The notes under the pieces are model-generated. The model saw only the letters and a list, made by a program, of their open reading frames with translations, was not told the DNA's origin and made no database searches. Shown piece by piece: positions 16,904 through 25,002 of a stretch of DNA of 31,550 nt. Positions within the stretch are counted from its first letter, which is position 1. Each line of letters begins with the position of its first letter. Source of the DNA: a virus (taxonomy: Duplodnaviria; Caudoviricetes); IMG/VR virus record IMGVR_UViG_3300014656_000090, positions 1 through 31,550 of that record. The stretch is one strand, 5' to 3'. The position numbers and the translations under genes were made by a program.

Positions 16904-17722
16904 ATGGCGAGATTAGCGGGCTACGGCGGCGACGTTTACGTTGGCGATCTGGTGGTGCAGAATTGTGATGTAGCCTGGACAGAACAGGTTGACCTTGACG
17001 TAACACTTACGCTTGACAATACCGACTACAAAGTGGGTAGCGGTTCCAATAAAATGCTTCAGGGGGCGGGCTTGGCCAATGGCGACATACTGGCCAGCCA
17101 GGTTATTGCTTTGCCAACATTGGCCGCCTATGCGATGCTATTTTGCTGGGCCAAGTCCAGCGTGAATATCGCTACCGCCGACGATTACAGGCTACTTTTG
17201 GACAACCAAGCCATGTGTGCTAACCCTGAGGTGGAATGTAGCTTGCCTGTGCTGGTGGCCAATGTGTGGAAGTTCTGTATGTGCCCCGTAGTCACGGGTT
17301 CATTTGCGGCGGCTACTTTGCCCATAAGTGTGGGCCTGGAATTGCACGCCAACGACCCTGGGCCCGCCACCATGTGGATTGATTATATTACGGCGGGCCG
17401 CCAGGTGGCAGGTATTAGGTCGTGGAGTTTGGACGTTACAGCCTCCGTGCAGGACGTATCGGCCTACAGCGACGGCCAGGATAAAGTCTTTGCCGTAACC
17501 ACCAAAGCGTGGAGTGGCAGTTTTGAGGGCTTCAAGGACGGGGCCCCGTTAGCCATTGGCACCGTGGTGGGGCTGGAACTACAGGAAAGTGCCATGGCCA
17601 CACAGATGTGGCGGGGTTCGGCAATCATAACGAACATACGGCCAGCGGTGAGTGTGGACGGCCTTGTGGGTTATGCTTACGACTTCCAGGGCATACACGC
17701 ATTGGAATGGCCAACGGCGTAA
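16904..17722 (+). CDS. Second tail tube paralog with a ~150-aa inserted beta-sandwich-like domain
   Basis: MARLAGYGGDV and the C-terminal ~105 aa align by eye with 16523-16891 (WSGSF.GFKDGAPL.IGTV, IITNIRP..SVDG.V.YAYDFQG). Confidence 0.82.
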   Translation: MARLAGYGGDVYVGDLVVQNCDVAWTEQVDLDVTLTLDNTDYKVGSGSNKMLQGAGLANGDILASQVIALPTLAAYAMLFCWAKSSVNIATADDYRLLLDNQAMCANPEVECSLPVLVANVWKFCMCPVVTGSFAAATLPISVGLELHANDPGPATMWIDYITAGRQVAGIRSWSLDVTASVQDVSAYSDGQDKVFAVTTKAWSGSFEGFKDGAPLAIGTVVGLELQESAMATQMWRGSAIITNIRPAVSVDGLVGYAYDFQGIHALEWPTA

Positions 17723-17723
17723 T

Positions 17724-18239
17724 ATGCGTGCGTTTGAGATTATGGCCCAGGTGGCGGGTTACACAGGATGGCCCCTTGAATATATCGGCGGGTTACCCTA
17801 TGGCAAGCTGGTTTATACCTACAATATAATCAGCTACCAGCGGCAAGCCGAATGGTATCGGTTAGAGTTACTAATCGGCCAGTTGATAGCCATGTGGGCC
17901 AAAGGCAACCATAAGCCCGAGGATATAGCGGGCAAGGGGCCCATGAAACCCCAGGAGGTAACGATGGTAAGGAAAGCAGAGCCACAGGTAGTGGTGCTGG
18001 GCGACGGTAAGGAATACACGTTGCCCATTATTAACGGCAACATTATGGAGGCGGTGGAGGAGGAGTTTAACCAAGAGTGGGCCGATATATTCAAGGCAAT
18101 GCGAGTAAAGCACCTCAAGGGGCTATTGCGTGAGTTATTGCGGTCACAGCACCCGAATATAACGCTGGACGAAGTGGGGGCCCTGTTAACGCCAGAGGCC
18201 ATTGTCAACGTTAGCAAGGCTATACCCAAACTGATGTAA
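17724..18239 (+). CDS. Tail assembly chaperone, long form (171 aa), with an in-frame internal start at 17964
   Basis: Lies between the tail tube and tape measure genes. The ATG is one base after the upstream stop (TAA-T-ATG), with no strong SD. Confidence 0.7.
   Translation: MRAFEIMAQVAGYTGWPLEYIGGLPYGKLVYTYNIISYQRQAEWYRLELLIGQLIAMWAKGNHKPEDIAGKGPMKPQEVTMVRKAEPQVVVLGDGKEYTLPIINGNIMEAVEEEFNQEWADIFKAMRVKHLKGLLRELLRSQHPNITLDEVGALLTPEAIVNVSKAIPKLM
17964..18239 (+). CDS. Tail assembly chaperone, short (gpG-like) form, 91 aa, nested in frame
   Basis: AGGAGGT SD at 17953-17959 before ATG 17964. VVLGDGKEYTLPIINGNIMEAVEEEF resembles tail chaperone G-type domains. Confidence 0.6.
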   Translation: MVRKAEPQVVVLGDGKEYTLPIINGNIMEAVEEEFNQEWADIFKAMRVKHLKGLLRELLRSQHPNITLDEVGALLTPEAIVNVSKAIPKLM

Positions 18240-18240
18240 T

Positions 18241-19509
18241 ATGGCAGATGCAGACGTAAAAATTAAGATAGGCGTTGAGGGCGACGCCGAAACCAAGAAC
18301 AAGCTAAAAAGTATCGGCACCAGCATGCAGAATATGTCCGCCACGTTTAAGAAGGCGGGCACCGTTATGCTGGGTGTTGGCACCGCCCTGGCGGGTAGCA
18401 TGTTTGCCGTAACCAAGAAGTGGGCGGAGGCTGGCGACGAGGTGGCCAAGATGGCCAAACGCACAGGCTGGGCCGTGGAGAGCTTATCCGAGTTACGGCA
18501 TGTGGCCGAGATTAGCGGCACGGAGTTAGATGCCTTTGAGAAGGGCACACGTAAGCTGTCAATGGCCATTGTAGATGCCGCCGAAGGTGGGGCCACCTAC
18601 GAGGAGGCCCTTAACCGCATTGGCTTATCAGGCCAAAACTTGATGGGCATACCTATTGAAGAACAGTTTTGGACAGTGGCAAATGCCCTGGCGGCGGTTG
18701 AGGACGATACTATTAAGGCGGCCACGGCAATGGAATTGTTTGGCCGCACGGGCACGCAACTGTTCCCGATGCTTGAGGAGGGCCAGGACGGCATAGCCAA
18801 ATTACGCCAGGAGGCCCACGACCTGGGCGTTGTGTTTACCGATGAAACAGCCAAAGATGCCGAGGAGTTTCAGGATGCAATGACCAACTTAAAAACCAGC
18901 ATGGCGGGCGTGGGTGCTGAACTGGCCAAAGTGCTGGGGCCCGAACTAACCAAGTTTATTGACAAGGCAACGCTGGCCGTAACCGCTGTGAAGGAATGGG
19001 CGGCGGCTAATCCTAACCTGGTAACCATGCTTAAGGTGCTGGTGGGCGTGCTCATAGGCGGCGGCGGCCTGTTACTGGCTCTTTCGCAGATAGCCCGTAT
19101 GGTGATGATGATTAACTCTGCCCTGGCCATATTCCACGCTTTGAGCGGGCCAGCGGGCTGGATAAAACTGGCCGCTGGGCTGGCCATAGCGGGTGGGGCT
19201 ATTTATGGCATAAGCAAACTGATGGGCGGCGGCGGCACAATGGTTACGCCCGTGGGTGAAGGTGAACCAGCCAAGCCGCCTACAAAAGTGCCTGGCATGT
19301 TCGGCTTTGCCAGTGGGGGTATAGTTACCAGGCCCACGGTGGGCTTGCTGGGAGAAGCGGGCCCCGAGGCTGTAGTGCCGTTGAGTAAAGGCATGGGTAA
19401 CGTAACTGTTATCGTTGAAGGTTCGCTGATAGCGGAACAGGATTTGATTGGTAAATTGCGAGCCGCCTTCATTGATATTAAGGAAAGGAATACTACTACG
19501 GGCTTCTAG
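18241..19509 (+). CDS. Tape measure protein (short, 422 aa)
   Basis: Ala/Gly-rich helical sequence, GDEVAKMAKRTG and AMELFGRTG motifs, hydrophobic segments, and C-terminal FASGGIVTRPT...GEAGPEAVVPL. Confidence 0.9.
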   Translation: MADADVKIKIGVEGDAETKNKLKSIGTSMQNMSATFKKAGTVMLGVGTALAGSMFAVTKKWAEAGDEVAKMAKRTGWAVESLSELRHVAEISGTELDAFEKGTRKLSMAIVDAAEGGATYEEALNRIGLSGQNLMGIPIEEQFWTVANALAAVEDDTIKAATAMELFGRTGTQLFPMLEEGQDGIAKLRQEAHDLGVVFTDETAKDAEEFQDAMTNLKTSMAGVGAELAKVLGPELTKFIDKATLAVTAVKEWAAANPNLVTMLKVLVGVLIGGGGLLLALSQIARMVMMINSALAIFHALSGPAGWIKLAAGLAIAGGAIYGISKLMGGGGTMVTPVGEGEPAKPPTKVPGMFGFASGGIVTRPTVGLLGEAGPEAVVPLSKGMGNVTVIVEGSLIAEQDLIGKLRAAFIDIKERNTTTGF

Positions 19510-19517
19510 GAGATAGC

Positions 19518-20807
19518 ATGGCAAATGAGTTCAAACATGCCAGCGTAGGCACAGAATTAGCTCAGGCAGAATGGGAAAGCACAACTGGTCATGTCTTTGA
19601 CAGCCAGGCCACGGGCGACCTATTATATGCCAGCTCTGCCGCACAGCTGAGTAGGCTGGCTGCTGGCACACAAGGCTATCCGTTAGTTATGGGGGCCTCG
19701 GTGCCGCAATGGGGTGGAGCGATAACACTCAACGGAACTGTAACCCTCAATGGCCAGACGTTCTCGGGAACAGCTAAGTTTAGTGCTGGTATCAATACTT
19801 TCGGCGCTACACCATTAGGTTACATTGGAAACCACTTTTATAGCACTTTTACCTCAGATGGTGGGGCTAACTTAGTTGCTGGCAGTGCTTTTAGCGGGGC
19901 GATAGCAGGAGCCAGCGGTGATATCGCTTCTATAGTTGGAGTTAGAATAGCTCATTCGCTCTACACGCAGACTGCCGCTGAGTCAATAGCTTATGTCGCC
20001 CAACTTGGTCTTGTTGAACCAGCGATTACAAATAATCTTACTGGCGGGGGAGTAATAACTGTTGCCGCCACTCTCTATGTAGTTAGTGCTCCAACCGAAG
20101 GTGCTACAAACGCCGCTATTTACGTAGCCAGTGGTGATACGAATATAAGCACACTAACCACACGTGGGGCTACTACTCTCGGCGGCACGGTCAATATCAA
20201 CGGGCAACAGTTTAATGCTGGTGCAGGTGAAGTTATAATTAACACTACTGGTTCAGCGGCAGGGTTACAACTATGGTCAACCTGTGATGGTCAAGAAGGA
20301 GCATTGTTTAGAGGCTATCACAATTCAACTAGTCCAGCAGTTGACGATATTCCTTTACTGATATGGTCTTATGGTAAAAACAGTGTGGCGGGATGGATAG
20401 CATATTCTAAAATACATACAGTTTGCACTAATGTTACTAGCACAACCGAAGCCGCAAAATTGGAGTTTAGACTCATGGACGCTGGTGCTGAAAACTTGGC
20501 TATGTGGCTTTCTGGTGCTGGTGGGCTTTCAGTTGATGCCGACATAGGCACGGCTGACGACCCTGTGGCCCTGTTTGATAGCATACCAGCCAAATACGGC
20601 ATAGATGATGCCCAATTCCTGGCCAAATATGCTATTGGCAATATGATGCCAGCCCTTTGTGATATAGGCGTAATGAGCCGAAAAGACACTGGTTCGGGCT
20701 ATATGCTTAGTATGCAAAAAGCCCATTACCTTAGTTGGGGTGCTATTAAGGCACTCTACGAGAGAATTGAACAGTTGGAAGCTGAATTAGCTTTAAGGAG
20801 GAACTAA
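19518..20807 (+). CDS. Tail fibre / receptor-binding protein
   Basis: GDLLYASSAAQLSRLAAG fibre motif, Gly/Ala/Thr-rich beta repeats, and a C-terminal AIKALYERIEQLE coiled coil resembling the end of an intramolecular chaperone. Confidence 0.75.
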   Translation: MANEFKHASVGTELAQAEWESTTGHVFDSQATGDLLYASSAAQLSRLAAGTQGYPLVMGASVPQWGGAITLNGTVTLNGQTFSGTAKFSAGINTFGATPLGYIGNHFYSTFTSDGGANLVAGSAFSGAIAGASGDIASIVGVRIAHSLYTQTAAESIAYVAQLGLVEPAITNNLTGGGVITVAATLYVVSAPTEGATNAAIYVASGDTNISTLTTRGATTLGGTVNINGQQFNAGAGEVIINTTGSAAGLQLWSTCDGQEGALFRGYHNSTSPAVDDIPLLIWSYGKNSVAGWIAYSKIHTVCTNVTSTTEAAKLEFRLMDAGAENLAMWLSGAGGLSVDADIGTADDPVALFDSIPAKYGIDDAQFLAKYAIGNMMPALCDIGVMSRKDTGSGYMLSMQKAHYLSWGAIKALYERIEQLEAELALRRN

Positions 20808-21079
20808 TGGCCAGGCAGATTAAGGGCATGGAAATACACATAGCAATGACGAAGGCCGCTACGGGCGAAATCACTGTAGCCACTACGGGCCACATTGTAA
20901 TGGGTTACAGTGAATACCCCGAAGTGGAGGCCAAGCGTGGCATAGTGATTGAGAACACGACAGCCGAGGAAACGGCTATAATAACCTATGCCAAGAAAAA
21001 GTTTAATGAGACAAAGGCCAGCCAAGATGCCGAAGACGGCATACCAACGCCCGCACTTATACCCGAACCAGGCCCGTAG
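20807..21079 (+). CDS. Small tail-associated protein
   Basis: AAGGAGG SD, TAATG coupling to the fibre gene. Confidence 0.7.
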   Translation: MARQIKGMEIHIAMTKAATGEITVATTGHIVMGYSEYPEVEAKRGIVIENTTAEETAIITYAKKKFNETKASQDAEDGIPTPALIPEPGP

Positions 21080-21107
21080 GTGGGCCAAGTAAGTAGGAGG
21101 TAACACA

Positions 21108-21530
21108 ATGAGTAACAGGGGACAGAAAACCAGTGGCAAGGCAATACGTGATGCCGAAAGGGCGAGAGGGTGGAAGGTTAACCTGGCACCCTATAAAGAC
21201 ACGGTGCCCGTGTTCAATGAACAGGGCGGCCCCATAATGCGGGGCACCGAACAGTTAACCGAAACAGTTGACTTTGACGTGAAGGAAACACTGGCCAGCA
21301 TGTGCTTTAATCGTGATTTACAGCTTGAACCCGAGGGCATGTTTAAGGCGAAAGCCATAGCCGACAAAATACGGGGTGCAAACAAAACTGTGATGTTGGA
21401 TAATGCGGAAATGGAACATATCCGTAAAGCTTACAAAGCCTTGAAGGGCTTACCCGAACGGTTCGTTGAGTTCCTAACCCGCATACGTGATGCCGAGGAG
21501 ATAACACTAGGCGAGATTAAGGAGGACTAG
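21108..21530 (+). CDS. Hypothetical protein, possible fibre assembly chaperone
   Basis: AGGAGGG SD, charged helical 140-aa ORF after the fibre genes. Confidence 0.7.
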   Translation: MSNRGQKTSGKAIRDAERARGWKVNLAPYKDTVPVFNEQGGPIMRGTEQLTETVDFDVKETLASMCFNRDLQLEPEGMFKAKAIADKIRGANKTVMLDNAEMEHIRKAYKALKGLPERFVEFLTRIRDAEEITLGEIKED

Positions 21531-22775
21531 ATGCCCTGGCCCTACTCGTTTCCTTATACATTCCCGATACTATGGATAAAGCCACTTACGGGCCCATTCC
21601 TTCTGCAAGTGCTGGTTGCCTTTGCCAGTGACCCCTTTGATGCTATGCCCGTGTGGACTGATATTACAGGTGATGTGCGACGGGTAATGATTAAGCGAGG
21701 GCGGCAGACACAGCTTGACCGTATGGAAGCGGGCACCGCCATTATTGAGCTTAAAAACTTTCACGGCAACTATTGGCCCCTGAACGCTACCAGCCCGCAT
21801 TATCCTTATGTGAAACCAAATAAGCTGGTGCAAATCAGGTCTGCTTACAACGGTGTGCCTTATTACTTATACACCGGCTTTGCGGAAAGCTGGAAGCCAT
21901 CTTGGCTTTCTGCGTCGGGCGGACAAAAGGCCCTCATGCGTTTACAGTGTGCCGACCTGATTAAACGGCTGGCCAGATATGACCTCAACACCGCTGGCTA
22001 TGCCCAAGAATTAAGCGGCACTAGAGTGGGCAATGTTCTTGACGATGTGGGCTGGCCCGCTGGGGCCCGTGATTTGGACATTGGCCAAAGCCAGATGCAA
22101 GCCACGGGTGCCATTGCCGATAAAAAGGCCATGAGCCATCTGTTCACAGTCCAGGATAGCGAATTAGGCATAATATATGTTGCGGGCAATGGCGACGTGC
22201 AGTTTGAGGATAGATACCACAGGCTGAAAGCCCCTCATACTGTTAGCCAGGCTATATTTGGCGATGATTTGGGTGAGAATTATTACCACGACGTAGAACC
22301 CGATTATGACGACCAGTTCATCTACAATGATATTCGGATAACCCGTGACGGCGGCACACAGCAACCCGCCAGTGACGCACCCAGCAAAACGGCTTATGGG
22401 CCCAATACATATAGTAAAACAGGGCTCTTAATGACCACTGACAATGAGGCTTTAGACCAAGCACAGTATTTGCTTAAAATGTTCAAAGACCCGCTATTGA
22501 GGCCCAGCACTCTGAAAATCCTGGGTGAACGTGACCCCGCAAACTTGTGGCCCAAGCTGTTAGGTTACGACATAAGCACCCGCATAACGCTACGGCTTAA
22601 TCAGGCTACCATAGACAAAGATTTTTTTATTGAAGGGGTTACGCACGATATAAACGTCAAAGATGGAACCTGGGGCGTTAGCTGGGAACTGTCCAATGTT
22701 GACGAACAGCAGTATTGGGCATTGGGTGTGGCTGGGCTCGGTGAGTTGGGCGTGGCCACTTACTTGGCATATTGA
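21531..22775 (+). CDS. Minor tail / baseplate hub protein
   Basis: WTDITGDVRRVMIKRGRQTQLDRMEAGTA...LKN, SGTRVGNVLDDVGWP, SELG...GDVQFEDR and FIEGVTHDI motifs, typical of siphophage hub proteins. Confidence 0.8.
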   Translation: MPWPYSFPYTFPILWIKPLTGPFLLQVLVAFASDPFDAMPVWTDITGDVRRVMIKRGRQTQLDRMEAGTAIIELKNFHGNYWPLNATSPHYPYVKPNKLVQIRSAYNGVPYYLYTGFAESWKPSWLSASGGQKALMRLQCADLIKRLARYDLNTAGYAQELSGTRVGNVLDDVGWPAGARDLDIGQSQMQATGAIADKKAMSHLFTVQDSELGIIYVAGNGDVQFEDRYHRLKAPHTVSQAIFGDDLGENYYHDVEPDYDDQFIYNDIRITRDGGTQQPASDAPSKTAYGPNTYSKTGLLMTTDNEALDQAQYLLKMFKDPLLRPSTLKILGERDPANLWPKLLGYDISTRITLRLNQATIDKDFFIEGVTHDINVKDGTWGVSWELSNVDEQQYWALGVAGLGELGVATYLAY

Positions 22776-23170
22776 GGTATTTTATGATAACAGGCAATTT
22801 ACATTTCGGCATGCCCTGGGAGGCATATAGGCAAATGGTTGTAGCACCAGCAATGGCCAGGCGGCAGTTGCCCCAGGGTGGCATTGACGACGGAAAACCC
22901 GTTAAGGCACGGGTGAACCACGGGCGGTGGATTGTAGACTGTGCGTGCGGCGGGGCCGAACTGGCCTTTGACGAGGGCTTGTTTATGTGCCAGGCTTGCA
23001 TGAACGGTGGCCACAAGCATAAATACCGCCACCTGGTGTTCCCAAAGAACCGCCCACTGATTGAAGCGGCCCTGATACAGCGGCCCGAACCGAACCGCAA
23101 CTGGTGGCCTGGCGAGAGTTTGGCCCAGCTAAAGGCAGAGAATAGCCAGCACAAAGAGGAGTTATTGTAA
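22772..23170 (+). CDS. Tail-region zinc-binding protein
   Basis: ARVNHGRWIVDCACGGAE...CQAC...RNWWPGESLAQLKAEN. The start may be ATG 22784. Confidence 0.75.
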   Translation: MRYFMITGNLHFGMPWEAYRQMVVAPAMARRQLPQGGIDDGKPVKARVNHGRWIVDCACGGAELAFDEGLFMCQACMNGGHKHKYRHLVFPKNRPLIEAALIQRPEPNRNWWPGESLAQLKAENSQHKEELL

Positions 23171-23607
23171 TGGCCTGGACAGCACCGAGAACATGGGTAG
23201 TGGGTGAACTGGTTACCGCCGCCATAATGAACACCTACATACGGGATAACCAGGACTACATTAAAACCGAGATTGACAAGCTGGACGATGTGAGTTACGT
23301 TGACCAAACGGGTGCACGTGCTCTCAATACTAACTACCAGAACGGCACTAAAATCAGGTTTATGAACGTAACCTTGACAAACAACCTGAATGATACTAAT
23401 GGCTACGATGCTTATGGTTACGTAAAATCTACCTCGCCCGCTGATAACGAGGTGTGCCGCCACACCGCTGTCAATGGTTCGGGCATAGTTTACGGTATGG
23501 CCATTTCTATATTCCTGATAGTGCCGCCGCTTTGGTATTATCGGGTAACGGGCGTGGGGGATGATACTCCTACTTTACTTGATTGGCATGAGTTTGATGC
23601 ACACTAA
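23170..23607 (+). CDS. Minor tail protein
   Basis: MAWTAPRTWVVGELVTAAIMNTYIRDN N-terminus typical of phage tail-tip proteins. TAATG coupling. Confidence 0.8.
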   Translation: MAWTAPRTWVVGELVTAAIMNTYIRDNQDYIKTEIDKLDDVSYVDQTGARALNTNYQNGTKIRFMNVTLTNNLNDTNGYDAYGYVKSTSPADNEVCRHTAVNGSGIVYGMAISIFLIVPPLWYYRVTGVGDDTPTLLDWHEFDAH

Positions 23608-23619
23608 CGGAGGTGTTTT

Positions 23620-23778
23620 ATGAACATACTTGGCAGTATATTCCAGGTTAAAATCTCGTTCCTGGGGTGGAAGGGCAACGCCCAGGTGGTATGGGGCAAG
23701 CCCACCGCTACGCTAAAGCTGATTGAGGTAAGCGTGGCGTTGTTTACTGTCGGCGTGAGGATAACGGTGCGGGTATGA
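23620..23778 (+). CDS. Small hydrophobic beta-rich protein, 52 aa
   Basis: Not in the ORF track. GGAGGT SD and ATGA overlap with the next gene. Sequence MNILGSIFQVKISFLGWKGNAQVVWGKPTATLKLIEVSVALFTVGVRITVRV. Confidence 0.65.
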   Translation: MNILGSIFQVKISFLGWKGNAQVVWGKPTATLKLIEVSVALFTVGVRITVRV

Positions 23779-24101
23779 GCATTGAGTTAGTGGTAGCTGG
23801 CACCGCTGTGATGGGCGTTATTATCACTGGCATTGCCCAGGTGAGCACTTGGCGAACCATTGGCAAGAGCCAAGCGGAACGGGACAAATCCTATGCCGAG
23901 GGGCAAGCGGCCCGTGATGCCGTGCTTACCAACAATCAGAAGGCCATAATACAGCGGCTTGACGACAGAGAAAGCGGCTTACAGGCCGTGAATAACAAGG
24001 TGGTGGCCATGCGGCAACACTGTGCCGAGGTATCGGGCCCACTGGTTGAAAGGGTAACGGGCCATGACAGGGAGATAAAGGAACTTAAGCAAAAGCACTG
24101 A
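23775..24101 (+). CDS. Membrane-anchored coiled-coil protein, putative holin-like lysis protein
   Basis: N-terminal TM helix plus coiled coil. Last gene before the late terminator. Confidence 0.6.
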   Translation: MSIELVVAGTAVMGVIITGIAQVSTWRTIGKSQAERDKSYAEGQAARDAVLTNNQKAIIQRLDDRESGLQAVNNKVVAMRQHCAEVSGPLVERVTGHDREIKELKQKH

Positions 24102-24142
24102 ACCGTTACCAGCGGGCCTGTAGTGGCAAAATAGGGGCATTG

Positions 24143-24187
24143 AGTGGGGCAAGAGGTAGGAGTTTACCTCTTGCCCCACTTTTTTTT
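24143..24187 (+). terminator. Strong Rho-independent terminator ending the late operon
   Basis: AGTGGGGCAAGAGGTA / TACCTCTTGCCCCACT 16-bp stem followed by a T run. Confidence 0.92.
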
Positions 24188-24256
24188 GTTTGTAGGCGTG
24201 GCCTAACGCTGTATTAAGTATTTTGCTGATTTGGCAAAAATAGTTGGTAGAGGGGC

Positions 24257-24285
24257 TTGACAAATGGCAAATAAAGGTATAGAGT
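24257..24285 (+). promoter_or_regulatory. Main early promoter
   Basis: TTGACA (24257-24262), 17 bp spacer, TAGAGT (24280-24285). AT-rich upstream with the inverted repeat TTTTGC-N7-GCAAAA. Confidence 0.75.
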
Positions 24286-24648
24286 TAGAACGGTTACGGA
24301 ACAGGAGGGAACAAAAAGAAACGAAGCCGCACAGACGGGTAGCCACCACAAAGGAAGGCTACCAAGTACCTAACCCCACCGTTGTAGATAACAGGCAATG
24401 CCCAGGGTAAACACCAAGCCGCATGACCAAGCTGGACGGCACGGCAAGCGGCCCCAGGAACCAGGGGAAGGCACTACGGGGTATTAAGCGGGGCACAGAA
24501 TGGGTGCACTGTGAGCAGAGTTTATTAGCCGATTACCCGCCCGCAACTGTTAACACGCTATAAACCTTTACGGGGCCAGCGTGGGTGAAATGCTACGGTT
24601 ACGGGCGGACATGGGCCAATAAGCCCAAATATAGTAAGGAGGGAACCG

Positions 24649-25002
24649 ATGGCCGCACAACAAGCCGAAAGGCATGAGTTAGGCCGCAACGGCGAGGACG
24701 TTGCCAAGAATATGCTGGGTGGCCGCACCACCAAGCACAAGGCACCATTTGACCTGGTGGACTTTAGCGAGGGCTACGCTTACGAAGTTAAGACCATGAC
24801 GGGCTGGGGCAAGGATAACAAGATACACATTACCGATGCCAGCATGGCCCGCAAGCTGGCCTGGGCCAAAAGATACGAGCTTAAAATGGTGCTGGTGGCC
24901 GTAGTGATTTACGGCCCCGACCACGTGGAAGTTTACCAAAGCGAACTGAAACAGAGCATGAGGGTTAGGCAAATGGCCCTTGTGGAAAGGAGGGAAGCGT
25001 GA
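24649..25002 (+). CDS. PD-(D/E)XK-family (YraN-like) nuclease-fold protein
   Basis: ELGRNGEDVA...PFDLV...YEVKT motif. Strong SD. Confidence 0.7.
   Translation: MAAQQAERHELGRNGEDVAKNMLGGRTTKHKAPFDLVDFSEGYAYEVKTMTGWGKDNKIHITDASMARKLAWAKRYELKMVLVAVVIYGPDHVEVYQSELKQSMRVRQMALVERREA

Noticed and set aside
19518-23607. Diversity-generating retroelement acting on tail genes
   Set aside because: No reverse transcriptase and no template/variable repeat pair differing at adenines.
24539-24553. CCCGCAACTGT resembling a conserved cobalamin riboswitch segment
   Set aside because: Other cobalamin riboswitch elements (GGGAA, B12 box) are not arranged around it, and it is explained by the local stem and the repeated motif.
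24537-24630. Known self-cleaving ribozyme (hammerhead, twister, pistol)
   Set aside because: I could not place the required cores (CUGANGA/GAAA, or the twister and pistol pseudoknots). It needs an Infernal scan and is not called.
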